In this document: positions 26,546 through 41,300 of the stretch, one piece after another
Layout of the letters: each line of letters begins with the position of its first letter
How positions within the stretch are numbered: position 1 is the stretch's first letter
Notes under the pieces: generated by a model
What the model saw: the letters and a program-made list of their open reading frames with translations, nothing else
What the model was told of the DNA's origin: nothing
The model's database searches: none
Made by a program: the position numbers and the translations under genes
Source: Phoronis australis
Taxonomy: Eukaryota > Animalia > Phoronida
Direction: 5' to 3'
Length of the DNA stretch: 64,000 nt
Assembly (NCBI GenBank): GCA_002633005.1
Contig: NMRA01000086.1
Coordinates: 348,406-412,405, forward strand

Positions 26546-29500
26546 CTGAAAAAACGCGTACATGAGGTTAGAAAATGACTTGTAGGACTAAATGGAAAAA
26601 TTACCATAAGGACATAAACCAACAAAAGAACTAACCAAATGGATTGCACAAACTTGTTCCGTCTGTGTCTCATTGACATATAAGAATGAAACTTGAGACC
26701 TTTCGTGAAATAAATTTGTACTACAATGTCCTTTCGATTTAGATTTTTTGCCTCTTGGCTACGAATCTGCCTTCTCCAAGAGAGAGGGTGCTGTTTGTTA
26801 TTTTTTAGTTTGAGATCAATTTTGAAATTTGAGGCAGATTATTCATTCATGGAATGAGATATGGTGGCGTATTTGAATCTTGGAAGTTTGAAGATTGTCT
26901 TTGTGCCGATTGCAAGAATTGTGGTCAGAATGCGAGGTCGAAAAAAAAAACTCTAGAAATGGCAAATTCCGTAGTACATTTACAATAAGAACTGCAGTCA
27001 TATGGCCTTGTAGAGAGAGTAATTTGCAGTTCAGTGAAACCGTACGATCGAAGTATTCGCAGAATTTGTTGCTTGACTGTAATTGAGTGGAGTTAATATT
27101 AAAGCCTCTTAGAATAGCCATTTCTCTGCTTCGATCGTTTATTTTATTTATGTCTCGTGGTAACTGTGGACGGCGTCCTATAGATATTGAAAATTATCGT
27201 TTGTTTTGATGTCCGCTATTAGACATTCCCAGGGCACCGATTTTTAATTTAGTAACATTTTGAATAATTGATTTGTTGTTAACGTACATTATGAGACCAC
27301 GAGAAGGACACGGTATATGGCCTCAATTTAATCATGTTATATCGTGAAAGCTGTAAAAGATTGTGGTCTTCGCTATCACTCAGTCAGCTTTCTTCTCAAC
27401 AAATTATATCCTGCCCAACCACCAAGAAGCTTTTCTACTTGGTGAAGAAGTTGATCAAACTTGGATTGGGTACAATGACTAATTAGATTGAAAACTCTTC
27501 TGTAGTTTTTTTCAAGAAATTTGCACAATCCGTGGAAATTACAGAAGTGCGTTGTAACGAGCTTAAATAAACTGTCATGTCTACTTAAGTTAAATAAATT
27601 CAAAATATTATAAACTTGCATCCCACCATAGTTTAGAAGATTACAATTTCATCTGTTGATGGCAAGTTCCTCATAACTTGAACATCAGTTATGTCAGATG
27701 GTTAACCGTCCACAAGGACACAAAAATGACGGGAACCGTTGACTGATAATACCAGCCAGGGAGCATGAAGTGAGGAAATCGACATATATGAAAACGGCAT
27801 ATAAAAATACGTTAAAATTTAACGAAAATATTATCAAATAAACAACAATTTACATTAGCATGAAAAAATCATCTGAAAATGATTCACAATAAGATAAAGC
27901 GAAAATCAGTTGTGATCTTCGAAAGGATACATTGTACACCGTATTTAACATTTTATTTCTTCAGGGTCCAATCAAATAGAATATTTCGGTGAAGGCTCTT
28001 ACTTGCACATCTCAGGGTAGAACTGTTTGTCCCAAACGGAGAACAGCGACGTCGTCACGTACAGCCTCTTACCATCCAAACTCAGTTGAATCATTTGTGG
28101 GGCTCCGGTGATCCGCTTCCCATTGAAGTACAGCGGGTCTGGCTGCTCCTTCAAGAAAAAAGAAAAATTTGAACAGCTTTGTAAAACGATTTCCGGGCGC
28201 TTTAATTGAAAAATAGGATGCCTTTAAAAACACTCTCTTTCAGTTTGATTCAATTAAAAAGCTTACAAAATGAATGACCTACATTTAATGCAAGCCAACT
28301 CAGCACAAACTCAAATTATATTCCTTCTACAGAGCACTTGTTTATTAAAATGAATTATTTTAAAATTACACTTCTTGTAATGCACAACAAAATGGCAGCT
28401 GAATTTTTAACAGAGACTAACTTTTAAACTTAGAAAATTGATAGTAAAATATACAAATGTTCAGGGTTGTACCCAATGAAACTGTCGTATTCAAATGATA
28501 TAAAAAATTGATGAAACTCATTCTATATGTTATCAACTGGTGAAAACAACGGCAAACTTGACTGGTAAAAAAAGAAATTCAGGGATTTTTTTGGTGTTTT
28601 GACAAACTTACGAGTCTAAGACAACTTGTTAGATAACTGGATGCCATTTCGCAGGAGAATCAAATGATCGGTTACCATGTCTAAGCTGACGTCATAATTT
28701 ATTTAGTAATACTCATCTTTAGTATGGGTGCGTATTGTAAAATTCACGGTTTTGCCACTGGTTTAGCTATTTAGTTGTCTTTTTTGGTTGTAAAAGTCTT
28801 GTGATGAATTACTATGGGTCCCAGGAATGTTTCCTAGTCGGATACGAATGGAATCTAGTAAGAAATGGCTTCAGTCCGCCCAACAGAGACGACGGACTAG
28901 CTGATAATGTATAACTATATTTCGCTCATGTATTACAGTAGTCACTGGCTTTCGCCCAATTTTGCGTGATAATCATTATCTTTGTGCTTATCAGATGCTT
29001 AGTGCTACAGATTTTTGTTTACGTTATGGTTAAAATCCCCGCCTTTAATCTGGTTCTCTCGATGGAGTGAGTAATTTATGGTCAAACCATTTGACGAGAA
29101 AATTGTATTGTGGAGGCAAAGGTTTCCTATAATATCTTTGACGGACGGCCGCAACGGTTGGTGAAAAGTCCGCCTTGCAGCACTGCCATGAACCAGCGTA
29201 ATGTAAGCCGAGCTAAGTTTTCCTAGAGCAACCCGTTTTTTTCTCAATAAACCGGATGGATCAGCTTCAGCTAGCGTCAGCACTTGAGTCATACAGCCCA
29301 GGCCCACAGCTAATAAGGTTTCATGTTTCTGGTGTTTATTGTTTACAGAACAGAACGAGACATAGCACCATATCCCAGACAGATGTTGCATAACTCAAAA
29401 TGTCTCATTTGACGTCAAGAGAATACGTGGCTATGCTTGTGTTTGCGAAGAATATGCATGGAGACTAATTCCAGCTCCAGGATTACCAGCGCTAACGCCT

Positions 29501-32500
29501 GCCTTTCGATCTCCGAGCATTCGTTACTCAAGCGTGCCGACTATGAATTAAAGCCATTTATCTCTGAACCGATTCCGACAATGGTGGCAAATGATACAGG
29601 AGGATACAAGGGGGACCGGACCCCTCTTTCTCCCTTGATTTTAGTGATATGAAATCTGGAATTTTTAAATTGGTGACTTGGACCCCCTTTTTAAAAAATC
29701 CTTGATCTGACCTCCCTTTTAAACAAAAATTGGATCCGTCCCTGAAATGGGGGAAAGTCTTCCAGAAGTTCCTCAAATTATGCAAAACAATTTCACAGGC
29801 AAGGACAGGCACACACCTTGTGCAATACGGGATACAAATGAAGAGTTTACCATTGGCAGATACTGTAAAGAAAACTATGAATATCTGTACCCTAAACTAG
29901 CAATTTCGGAAAAATTTGATATTCGACCGTTTGTATTTATTACAGCAATTGCGACTTGTTCCTCAATTAGGAATTTTAGACTGGAGCATTTGACTGAAAG
30001 TCGAAAACTCCCGTATTATTCCTTTAACTCACCTAACGGACGGTGGTCAATACTACGGACAAAGTGATAAATATTCGGTCGGTACTTCAAAAGTTCTGTA
30101 TCCGAAGGAAAAATCTTCGAATCACAGACCTTCTACTTTATCGAGGTGCCTTCGGATTTACTTACGTCTAAGTCGTCATCTTGGAGCACTTTAACTTTTC
30201 CATCTTTGCAAAGAGAACCGCCAAGAAATATCTATAACGAAAATATTGCCTATACATTATTAGGGGCGGAGAATTTGAAGACTCTACTGGGATGAAAGAG
30301 ATTGTATTTTGTCAGTGTTTCAAAGTGAGTGAATCTGACGATTTTTTTCTAGAAATTCTTGCATTATTCAACGGGAACAACTCTTGCGTTAGCATCCCCA
30401 AGAACCAGATTAGCCAAGATCTGCGATAACAATACTGGTGCTAAAAGTTTAGGGTCTTTAGCTACAGAATAAGCGCCGGATTTCGTAAAAGCGAAGGGTC
30501 TCGTATAATCGCCGGGGACCAGCCACAATACTGTAGTCTAAACGTGTACATGTAACTCACAATTAATACAAAAGGCAAAGAACGATATATATTTTTTGTT
30601 TAATCATTGATGAAAGTCGAACTCGACAGAGCACTGCTAATCTAATGTACATCTTAGGCTTCCGCAATTTCTAACATCAATCTGGGCCACAGGAAGCAAG
30701 AGTTTACACATCACATTAAAACAAAACGCCAATTGCAATTAGTCCCCATTTGAAAGTGTTTGGTAACCCAGAGCAGCAAACAGCTTTTTGCGGTACGTCT
30801 TGCATCAGCAATTTCAAACTTAGATATTCACAAGTAAAGTCCCAGTTTTCAGATCATTATTGAACCATGATATCTATCCAGTCATGCTATTTATATTAAC
30901 GAGGACGAATCTACCTGACCAACAAGCTTGGGGTTGCGCGTATCAGTGACGTCATACTGACGAATGTCTCCATGAAGCCAATTGCTAAAGTACAGGAAAC
31001 GGTCATCCATTGAGAGCAAAATGTCCGTAATCAATCCTGAAATAAATATTAGCAAAAATGAGCTCTTACCACCATGGATACTAAGTAGCTCACTTACATG
31101 TCTTCATCTAGGTTCAGAAGTTTTACCAAACTTCATTGTGGGCCTATATCTCCGGTGGAAAAAATGTCGGGAGCATTTCGTTAGTCTTAGTATCAAGACG
31201 CTGACCTCCAGATTTGGTTTAAACCAACTTTGATGGTAGTTTGATAAACTGACTGAGTGTGGGTTGTACTTGTCCCAATCATTTTCACAATGTGAGGGTC
31301 AGTGACCAAAAAGAAGAATATACATGGAGTGTGGTTCGCAAATTCACAACATCTTTGAACCAATTATAGGGAATAAAAGACAACTTTTACAACCGGTTTT
31401 AAACTGTTCAGACCAAGCGTTATAACCTTTAAGCCGATTTTAAAAGTTAGAACCGCGCTTCGGTATGAGCAGGACGATGACCAAATGTTTAACTCACACG
31501 TGAAAAACACGTATTAGTTTGTTTGCAGTTCATCCAGCAAACGGCAGCGTCCACAGGTATTACTTTTTAGCCTATGGGCACCCGTTCTGTACAGACAGCG
31601 GAATGGGTTCTTTATGTCAAACTTCACCCAAAATGCACGAATGAAAAATGTACCCATATTCGTGGTTTCTACTGAAACATAAATTAGTCTTATGACGCAT
31701 CAAGGAATGGATACCTTTTACTGTCTAATAAGTTCAAGCTTTTCCATGTTTGGTTTCACATGGCTGTTTATCAGGTCAAATTCCGGGGATTGACACTAGT
31801 AGCAAGTTTTTATCAGCTGAGGGAAGTTGTACATATCTACCCACCGATAACTGGGGAGATAAGAAGTTAGTGGCAAAACAAACGTCAGTCCGTCCAAAAG
31901 AGGGCGATTTCACAACATTTGTCCCCTCCGTTCAATTTGTTGGTCTCATCGACTCTACAATTTTGTCGCTTTACGGTGAAAATATGACAAACTCTCCCTC
32001 TCGGTAGAATTTAGTGGAAATGAATTCCGCGGTGTTTTTAAGTAAAAAGGAGTGGAATCACCCAACAAAATGAATAACTGCAATAGCAGTTCCATCATAC
32101 GCCTCTGAACCACGCAGGTTTATTCAAATAATACACATCTGCAATGTAGGCAACTTCTGGCAAGTAGGTTCTTACAAAATAAATCTGTTGATGTCAGCAT
32201 CTTAACATCGAATTCTTCACATGCTACAGAGTCTACACAGTATTAAGTTATGAACAGTCATGAACAGTTCGTGTTCGAAGTGTGAAAAAATTTTGAATTT
32301 TATCACTAATTTAAAACACTAGTGAGATCGCCATAGTAAAGAAATAACTTCACACCGGAGAGCAAGGAATATGCAGCACCACCTACCTGGCATCGTGGGA
32401 AGCGCCCAGTTTTCTACCTTCTTCGAATTAACTTGGATAACCTTCTCCGCATCCCAAGACCCATCCTGCAGCCAAATGCAAAAGGGAATAGTTGTAAAAC

Positions 32501-35311
32501 GGAAGGTTTTGAAAACTTCAAATCACTTTGAAAAAGTGATGCAAAAAGTCTTGAACACACTTTCGCCGAATGACCAACAGACACATTGTGATATGACTAC
32601 ATTCACCAATAAACCGTCACATTTCAAATGTCAGAATCAAGCATATGAATAAACAGTTTCAGTGATTTCACTTAGTTCTGTTACCTCTTTCATGCTGTTG
32701 GCACTTGAGAGATAAAGGCGCTACTCATCAGCTTAAACACTTAATAGCCGAGTCTCAGAATAAATCACGCTGTGCGACTTGATGCGCATCCAGTCACCAC
32801 AACTTCTGTGGATCAACTCGCCCAGAGCGCTTAAGTCACGCTATACGAGTTAGCATAAAGAATTTTTAAAAATTGTTTGACACCTTTGAAGGTTGAAAGG
32901 AGCGAATGAGTATTACTTTTGTTTCAAATATTTAAGTCGTTCATGGTATGGTTAATTTACAAGACCAGGTTTAATGTCCTTTCAACAAGCCAGATTTACC
33001 TCTCTCATAAAGAATCTAAACACGGACGAACTCAGAGCACAGCCAACATAGCCTTCTGCTTTATTGGGATCGTGCAAAAATCGTATTTCGAGTGGAATCA
33101 TTCCTTCTGGTCCCAAGTCGATCGTCTGCTTTAAGGTATGGTTCTTCCAATCATAAACATTCAATGAGTGGCCGTATTTTCCTAATAACAGAGTAAGAAG
33201 ACATCGAGTTGTTGAAACATAATTAGTGCATTTGCGTTTCAAAGTTTTTTGACAAGCAGACAAATGGCGAACATACTAATCTCGGAATCTTTTAAGATAG
33301 TGTGTATACTGAATTTCGCATGTCGATCTCATAGTTTCGAAGACGAATTCCGACAACCATAGCTGCTTTCCGTAAACGCAAAAATCTCGCAAAAACGAAA
33401 GAACACGAAAGTCACGCGAGACATCGCCCCGCATTATAAGCGAATCACGTGATTACCCTAGCTTTCCTCACGACCCGCTGGTTCCCTGCGTGCCGCTAAG
33501 TGGTGACCAGCACGCAGGTAGCAGGCAGTAGCACGCGCTTTATCATTGGTTGATGTGACATCAGCAGTCATTGGTTAGCTTTACAACAAAGAGAGAAAAT
33601 GGCGGACTATGAACGATTTTAGCCTTGTTATGCAAGTGGCGTAGCACTAACTATTTCATTTCTGCAGTAAGCCTAATGTCTAATAGCCGCGTGCTTGAAG
33701 CACACACATGCACAATAAACACGCCGTCATCTGGCCGATTTAACTAATGTGTTATTTATACTGTATGAATACAGGACAACAAAAGTCAGCGACAGTAGAA
33801 AAATGCACTACGAAAAGGCACAACCACAGTTTTCTGAGATTTACATTTCTTGAACATGCATTTTAAGTACCGATTTTTCTGTACAACGGACCATATTTAC
33901 ACTTCCTCCATCAGTCATGCCAGTTTGTTTGTTTGCGTAAAACACTGCCTGTTGAGAATTGGACCAGCCAATCAGAAACGCCGGTGTAAAAAATTTCCTG
34001 GGGAAAATTAAGTGATACCTGCGTACTGGCTACCACCTAGCGGCACGCAGGAATCCAGCGAGTCCTCACGATTGTGTTGGGTCAGTTCTTGGCTAATTTA
34101 AGCAAATCGGACAGGAGCATACAAATACATCTTTAAAACCAGTCGTACTATTCGTAGAAAAGTACTAAACATTCAGTGAACGTACTTATACGATTAAAAA
34201 ACACCGACCCAATAGTTATGGAATTGAAAGCCCCAAACACGATTTTTGGAAATTTTATCAAAGTTTTAATACAGGAAACGTGATGAAGGGTAGTGAGAAG
34301 ACTTGTTACCTATAAATGCACCTTTCAAAACGATTTTTTATCAAAAGCGGAAATGACACAATGATGTAAAAAACATGGACAGATTTGCATCGACTCCTAG
34401 TTTCAGATAAAGTTTTATGGGTTGTCAGATGCTAATTTCTTAGATATTTCAATAATTAGACAATATTATTAATTAAGAGTACACGTAACCTTAAGTCACT
34501 GTCAACAGGTCCCAGATATTTTTGACTGCTGTATAATGTTCAAACACTTCTCTCACATCCATAATTCATCAATTGACATAATACACTCTGATCAGGCATT
34601 AAAATAGTGAATCTCGATTGCCGTCGTGAATTTCATTTCTTTGGTTAGGTTTCACTTGTAATAACAACGCTTACCCTCTTCTACGTCCTTTGGATTAAAT
34701 CCGTTGAAGATCGCCTTTGGTGAACCCCATTCGGTGCTGATCATGACATTGAACTTAGGCTGGTACCAAAAATCGTAGCCGAACTGACTCTGGTGACCGG
34801 CCGCCTCCCAGTTGTCCTTCAACACCCAGTCTTTTCCGTCGATGACGATGAAGCCACCTAAGATAATGCAGAGTACGGGATAATAATTTCAATGAAGGAG
34901 TGGTGTAACGAGGCCCAGGAGTTCAAAAAGTTCTTGAGATTTTCCATTGTGACTCACTTTTTGGTTAGCTGAACTCATTTTTAGAAACAGAGTAACAGAA
35001 AAGAATAACATGACGTCAGCTTAAAACCCAAAGGTGGCATGCGCTAGGGCGGCCCCGTCTTCTGGTTTCGTACCGGCCTGCCAGCCCGAGTCCTCTAGAC
35101 CCCCCAAAATCAGCCCGTGGATTGCGACCGTCACGCACACAACTAATATTTTTAGAATGTTTGAATGCAGTTACAAATTTCGTCAACTTTATTTGAAAGA
35201 TCTTGTTTGAAACTGTTATCAATATTTTGCGACCCAAGAAGTTCAAAGTTTAGCCAACCATTCCTTTTCGCCATTGAAATCTAGCCGGAAGTAGAAGACT
35301 ACGTAAAGAAA

Positions 35312-35375
<64 letters not shown>

Positions 35376-38300
35376 TTATCAAGTAAGTATCTAAGTAAGT
35401 AAATAAATAAATCAATAAGTAAAAACTAAGTAGAGTAAGCATCTTAATACTTTCTTAGTTATTTACTTATTTACTTTAATTAAAAGTAAAGAAAATAAGT
35501 AAATAACCAAGTAAGTAAGTAACTAAAAAGTAACACATTTACCAGTTTCGTTCCCGTCTTTGTCTCCGAACGCGCTGATCATTATGTTTCCATCAGCTAA
35601 ACAATGAGTGGTGTGAGGTTTTGTCAGTCCACTTTTGGCAATGACTTCTTCAGGTTCAAATACCTAGAATTACGACTCACCTTGTATCAATTAGTTGCTA
35701 TTTTGGTTTACATAAAGGCAAAGGTACATCGTTTCTCAAGAGAAAATGAAATTCGAGTCCTGACATGAAAAAGAGTACATTAAGTAGGCCAGAATCTTCT
35801 GTGGTGCATCAGCCACGTGAAGATGTAAGGGCTCTCTTTAACAGGGGTCGTACGACCGGTCATAGCTATCGTAACTTCCGATTGAAACTTGCACCCAGTT
35901 CATAAAGGTTAAGTGGGACCTGATCGATAAAGCGAAATATCCACAAAAACTAGAAATTATAACTCAGTAAAAGCATGCATTTTATAAAAAAGAAAGCTTG
36001 TAAATTTTGAATGCTTACCAATATGCCATTTATTGGAACACGTGACTGTGTGTTTTATTTCATGGGCATAGATAAATATTATAATCAGATAACAGTAAGC
36101 CTACTTCTCAGAGGTCGAATTAACAAAAAAAGCGGCATCTGTGCATCTTTAATACCACGGACTACAGAACACTTACTACGAAAGCGAAATCCTTACCACG
36201 AAAACATACCCTATCCCACTCATTACAATACACTTGTCTCGTACTTCGGAATTTTCATGAAAAAACGCGTGGCAAGTTTGCTTGGTCGTGATTGTAGCGA
36301 TGGTTCGGGTTATTTGTGTGGGCCAAGAGTTTTTGCAGTGAAAGTGTTTTTGGAGACTGGTAATTAGAGTTCCCCTTCTGGGTAAGAGTTCGATTACCAC
36401 CCGTATGCTCACTCAGGCTGTATATCATCAATTATTTGCAACCGTGACAGACACGGAACCGGGAGTAATGGCGTCGTTGGCCAAATGGGTGAACGTTACG
36501 CACGTAAATAACGTGCGCAAATTAATTCTTGTTGGAGGCATAAATTAATTATTAACGGCGTAAATTAATTGTTTGCAGCGGCGTAAATTAACTGTGAACG
36601 TCGAAAAATAACTTTTAACCGCCTGAATTAATTATTTACTGTGTAAATTAACTTTTTACGGCGTGAATTTGCGGCGTAAAGTAAATGTTTGCGGCCTGAA
36701 CCTAAGTCGAATTACGTGCGTAATTTAAGCACGTACATAATATACACCGTTAGAAGTTAATTTACGCCGTTAAAAGTTAATTGGCGCCGCAAATAATTAA
36801 TTTACGTCGTTCAAAGTTAATTTACGCCACAATAACTAATTTACGCCTCTAAAAGATATTATTCCACAAATAATCAATTTACGCCATTAATAATTAATTT
36901 ACGCCACTAATAAGAATTCATTTACTCACGTAACGTTCACCCATTTGACCAACGATATAATGGAATGCTGCAGTTCTTTACCTTGAAAATTCTGGGAGCT
37001 CTCCAATCCGTTTCTACGTCGAAGGCGTAGATTCTTGAACTGCCCAGAGCTGGCATGATCAGACGATTGCGTTTGGCACAGCCGTCGTCATAGCAACTGG
37101 AACAGGCGTTCCACCCGGAGTGGTGCAGTTCGTCACCGACATATGGCATGTGGAGACGATGGATTACCTGAGGAGAGCCGGCAACAAGTTATCATTGTCA
37201 AAGCCTTTTTGTACTCTAAGTTTCATTACAATTCGCGGTCACAGCCAAGCGCGCCTCCTATTGGAGGGATCGCAGACGAAATAAGCTAAGCTCAAAACAC
37301 ACCAGTAGCAAAATGAATTGTGAGGATTTTCCATCGCTAGGAGGTGAGACGAATGTTTTATGTGGTGGAATTTAGTTACCTGATTAGACTAAATCGTCAC
37401 AACATTCGGGCGAGGTGTGCTGAGTGCTCAGTCGATTATTTTCGGTAACCAATGAAAATTAATTATTGCTTCACCCGACAAAAACAAATCTCTCTCTTTG
37501 AGCTGGCTACTATAACCATGTACCTACAAGTACTCTGTTTACTACAAACTTAAAAGTAACTGTTTAGTGAGCATTAAGCTCGCTGTGTGCGGTTGACTCG
37601 CATCAAAGTATGAGCTGAGCTACAGTTCACGTAAGGACGACAACCCAGCTCACACGCTACTCGTCTGCGCTCACCCCAACTGGTAAAGTTGCCGGCCTTG
37701 AGTTCAGCGAATGTCAGGTAGACAACAACGACAATTGGCAATTTGAAATAAATCCCCAAAAGCACAACAGTTTTTGTTGCCTTATAGCTTTGGTCAAAGC
37801 TAATAACTTCAAAAAGCTGCTCACATCCAACAAAAATGCGTTTTTAAAGAGTTGTCAAAAATCCTCACAATCTAAAGCTGCTGTGTACGTGCCTTCTGAA
37901 ACAAATAACTTTTGACTCAGACCCTATGACGTTATAAGACTGACTCAGACCCTATGCCGTTATAAGACTGACTCAGACCCTATGCCGTTATAAGACTGAC
38001 TCAGACCATATGCCGTTATAAGACTGGTCAAAACGTGTTCTACACTCCACTTTAATGTGGTTCCCAGGTTTGAGAAAAACAGGCAGTTCGGTAATGCTCA
38101 GTTGAGGCAATATTGGGCCACATAAAATATTGCGTCACATGCTGATTTTAAGCAATAATAACTGTCAGAACAGAACATTTCGAGGCCTCTTTTGGTATGA
38201 TGATATAGAAAGTCCAAATCAAAATTGTTTACTAAGGAAGGGTGAAGAATCAAAATCTTTAAAACTATATGAAATTCAACACTAAATGTTGCCTAATATA

Positions 38301-41300
38301 TAATCACGATGTTCTGTTGAAAGATCATCATTTCGCAGTACGTTTTGACCAAATTAGTTTTCGTTAAAACTCATTTTATGAACTTTTATTCATTTAACTT
38401 GAAGCGAAAAGACGATCTTCAAGCTGAAAATAATATACACAAATCTTTCGACACTGAGCAAAAGAGGGCGGGAAAGTTAATGTCGAAAAAAATATGACAA
38501 GGTTATAAAACATTGCCGATGTTTAGGGGAACGGCATCAGTGTTGCAAAGTGACACTGCGAGCACAGAGAACCTAAGTGATTACCTTGCTGTAGGTAGAA
38601 GACTTTGGATCAACGTCCACGGTCACAAGATAATCCGGCTGGTCACTAGTGTCCGTGTTCACCTTTACGCACGGTAGATATACAACTTCTTCTCTGGGTC
38701 CTTGCATTGCTTTCAGTGGGGTCGCATATCCCGGCCCGCGCACTCCTTTTGAGCATGCTGTCAAAATTGAAAATCCCCGAGAATTACATGGATATCAAGC
38801 ACCCATTTGCTTACAAATCACTTTTAATGATTTTCAAATCTTCGAAACAAGCTAGTGCTTTAAACACTCATAATTTCTCTATTTTTTAAATGACAAAGTT
38901 GTTTAAAGTCGGGAGATGAGCACCAAGGAAAAGTCTTCAGTTTTCTCCTCCGAAGTTTTGCCCTTGCATTTTTCGACTTTATGTGTGATTGGTTTTGATT
39001 GTGTACAGTGAAACACATGGACATTAGCATCTACAGCGGGTACCAAAGTAAGCTTATCTTTTTTCCACGAACTTTTCTTATAACTTGCTATGTCGATAGA
39101 TCTCGTGTAGACTGAAAGTTAATAACGCGTGTGTAATCTGATTTTCAACTGTTTTCAGTATGAACTCATGTACATGTACTGCTACGAAAGCATTAAATTT
39201 CGACTTAGAGGCTTCGGTAAAGGCCGACATAGAGATTTGTGAATTAAAAATTCAGATTTGGAAAACGTGAATCTAGTGAATGGTAATATTGGGATGCGAA
39301 GGTCCGTGATTTGAAAATCAATTACGTTCACTGAATATTGGGCGTCATTCACTGGAACTAACCAGTTCGTTTCCCTACTCAGAATCCAGGTCCGTTACAT
39401 ACCATTTCTAACGGTGTGCTTTTTGAATTTCAATCCCTCGCCGGAATTACTATACACACATTTAGTTCAAATGGATTAAAATCTGTGTCACTTAACCAAC
39501 TGAATTCTGGTTGTCTCTTTTAAGACTTTTGAAAAAAACCTACACATTGTAATTTCCCTGAGACAGCGATTTGACTCACGGAGCTTGGCAATGAATACTT
39601 GTTTTCCTCATTTAAAAGTAAGAATTAATATTTTGGATGTCGAGTACTGTTTAAATTGCCATTGACACATGTTTTATATTGTGTTTATGTTGATTTAATT
39701 TCGTTTGGTTTTACTTGTCAGTGTCAATGGTGTCGTGGTCTCATTGCCTGTTAGTACGCACGCCAGAGGTCGCATTTCTGGTCTGATCAACATGAAATTT
39801 ACAAACGTCATATAATTGACTTGCCAAAAGCCCGAAGTCTGTTGATCTTGATCGAAATCGGAAATAAGTGATGCTGTCTAGGGCGTTTTCCTACCTTTTT
39901 CTTTGCTCTACGGTCCTTTAAGTCCTTTTTGAAGCTTGTCATGTAGATAGACCTCGCCGAGGCCTTTGTGACCGCGTGAATAGTTTGTCAATACCGACAT
40001 CTCACAGTTTCGAGTTTTTTAATATTTGGCAATTGTTGTAGGTGCACGTCTATTGGTTTATCATGAGTTGTATCTGACGTGAACTGTCCCTTAATCTGTA
40101 CTGCCATAATTCATCATCAATGTTCATCGTCCTCATTTCCCTCGCCATTTGTATCCTAGCTCATCACAACCAGGGCTGTCTTTGAACTTGCATGGGACGG
40201 CTAAGCTGTGAGGTCGGACCACTTTGGCAACGGACTACCCATTCGCCGATAAAACGCTACACATAACCGCAGACGTATTTTTGTAGTACTCACATAACGT
40301 TAAAATACTCGATTAGAATAAACGCGCTTTACTGGCTTCAAAACATTAATGACATTCAAAATACAATATAAAACATTGCTGCACTTTCAGTATTCCTTGA
40401 TTACATTTCGTGAGTTGATGAACTTTTGCGTCTTTTCAATATTGATCCTCTGATGCAAATGGACGGGTTTCAATGCGAATGGGTTTCAAATATCAAATTC
40501 GCTTTGTTAATTTTCTGACCTAACAAGTGCAACAGATCGCGACGACATCAACTGTTTGTTGTTATTTGAATACTCTAACTTGAAGAATGCGTAAAACATC
40601 GGTGGACCGTATGTTTGGGCCATCGACAACATTGTATTCATTAATTCACCGTTACTAAAAAAGCCAGACGAGAAATGCATGAAAGTTAGTCTTAATATTT
40701 TGAAACTATACGGTTATATACGTATGGCTGCCCTGAAAAATTGCCAGATAGCTTTACCGGCAATACATGTCGCGGACGGCGAGTTATAGTGTCGACTATT
40801 CGTCAAGATGGGCAGTCTCACTAGGAATCCACATACGGGGAAATTTGCACCTCTGTGAAAAACTATACACAAAATCTGTTTGAAAACGTGGATTCGAATC
40901 TTTCTCACGCTGACCAAACCCCATACGGAACACCTCGCCTATTTTCTATCTTCAAAATCTTCCTCGGAGATGTACGTTATCTGCGCGTCTGCAGTCACAA
41001 CAGGGTTTGGTGTTTCGTAAGACGACGTTTCTTACGAGAAAAGCGAGCTCATGCAAGATCAGGAAAAATGTGCAAGACGAATGTATTCTCGATGCTTTCA
41101 CTGGAGTTCCTTGAATTGATTGATTGGTGAGGTTGGAATGTTGAATTGTGAGATAGAAGTCATAAATTATGAGGTATAATTCACTCTTTCCGTTCGATAG
41201 CGAACGCTTTTGACCGCAGGAGGAAGCAAATGTCTTTTGTCTACGAAACTTGCAGTCCGAGGCCATCAATTGACGCTACGAAAATACCCAATAGACTCTA

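Noticed and set aside
37913-38024. 28-bp repeats as a CRISPR array
   Set aside because: The repeats are directly adjacent with no spacers, lie in a eukaryotic intron, and there are no cas genes.
38801-38806. ATGG|gt as first exon of SELENBP1-B
   Set aside because: Would leave a 45-nt intron with a weak donor (gtgctt); 46169-46172 is a much better candidate.
39721-39790. Possible tRNA gene
   Set aside because: Only a weak A-box-like start; no B box or cloverleaf.
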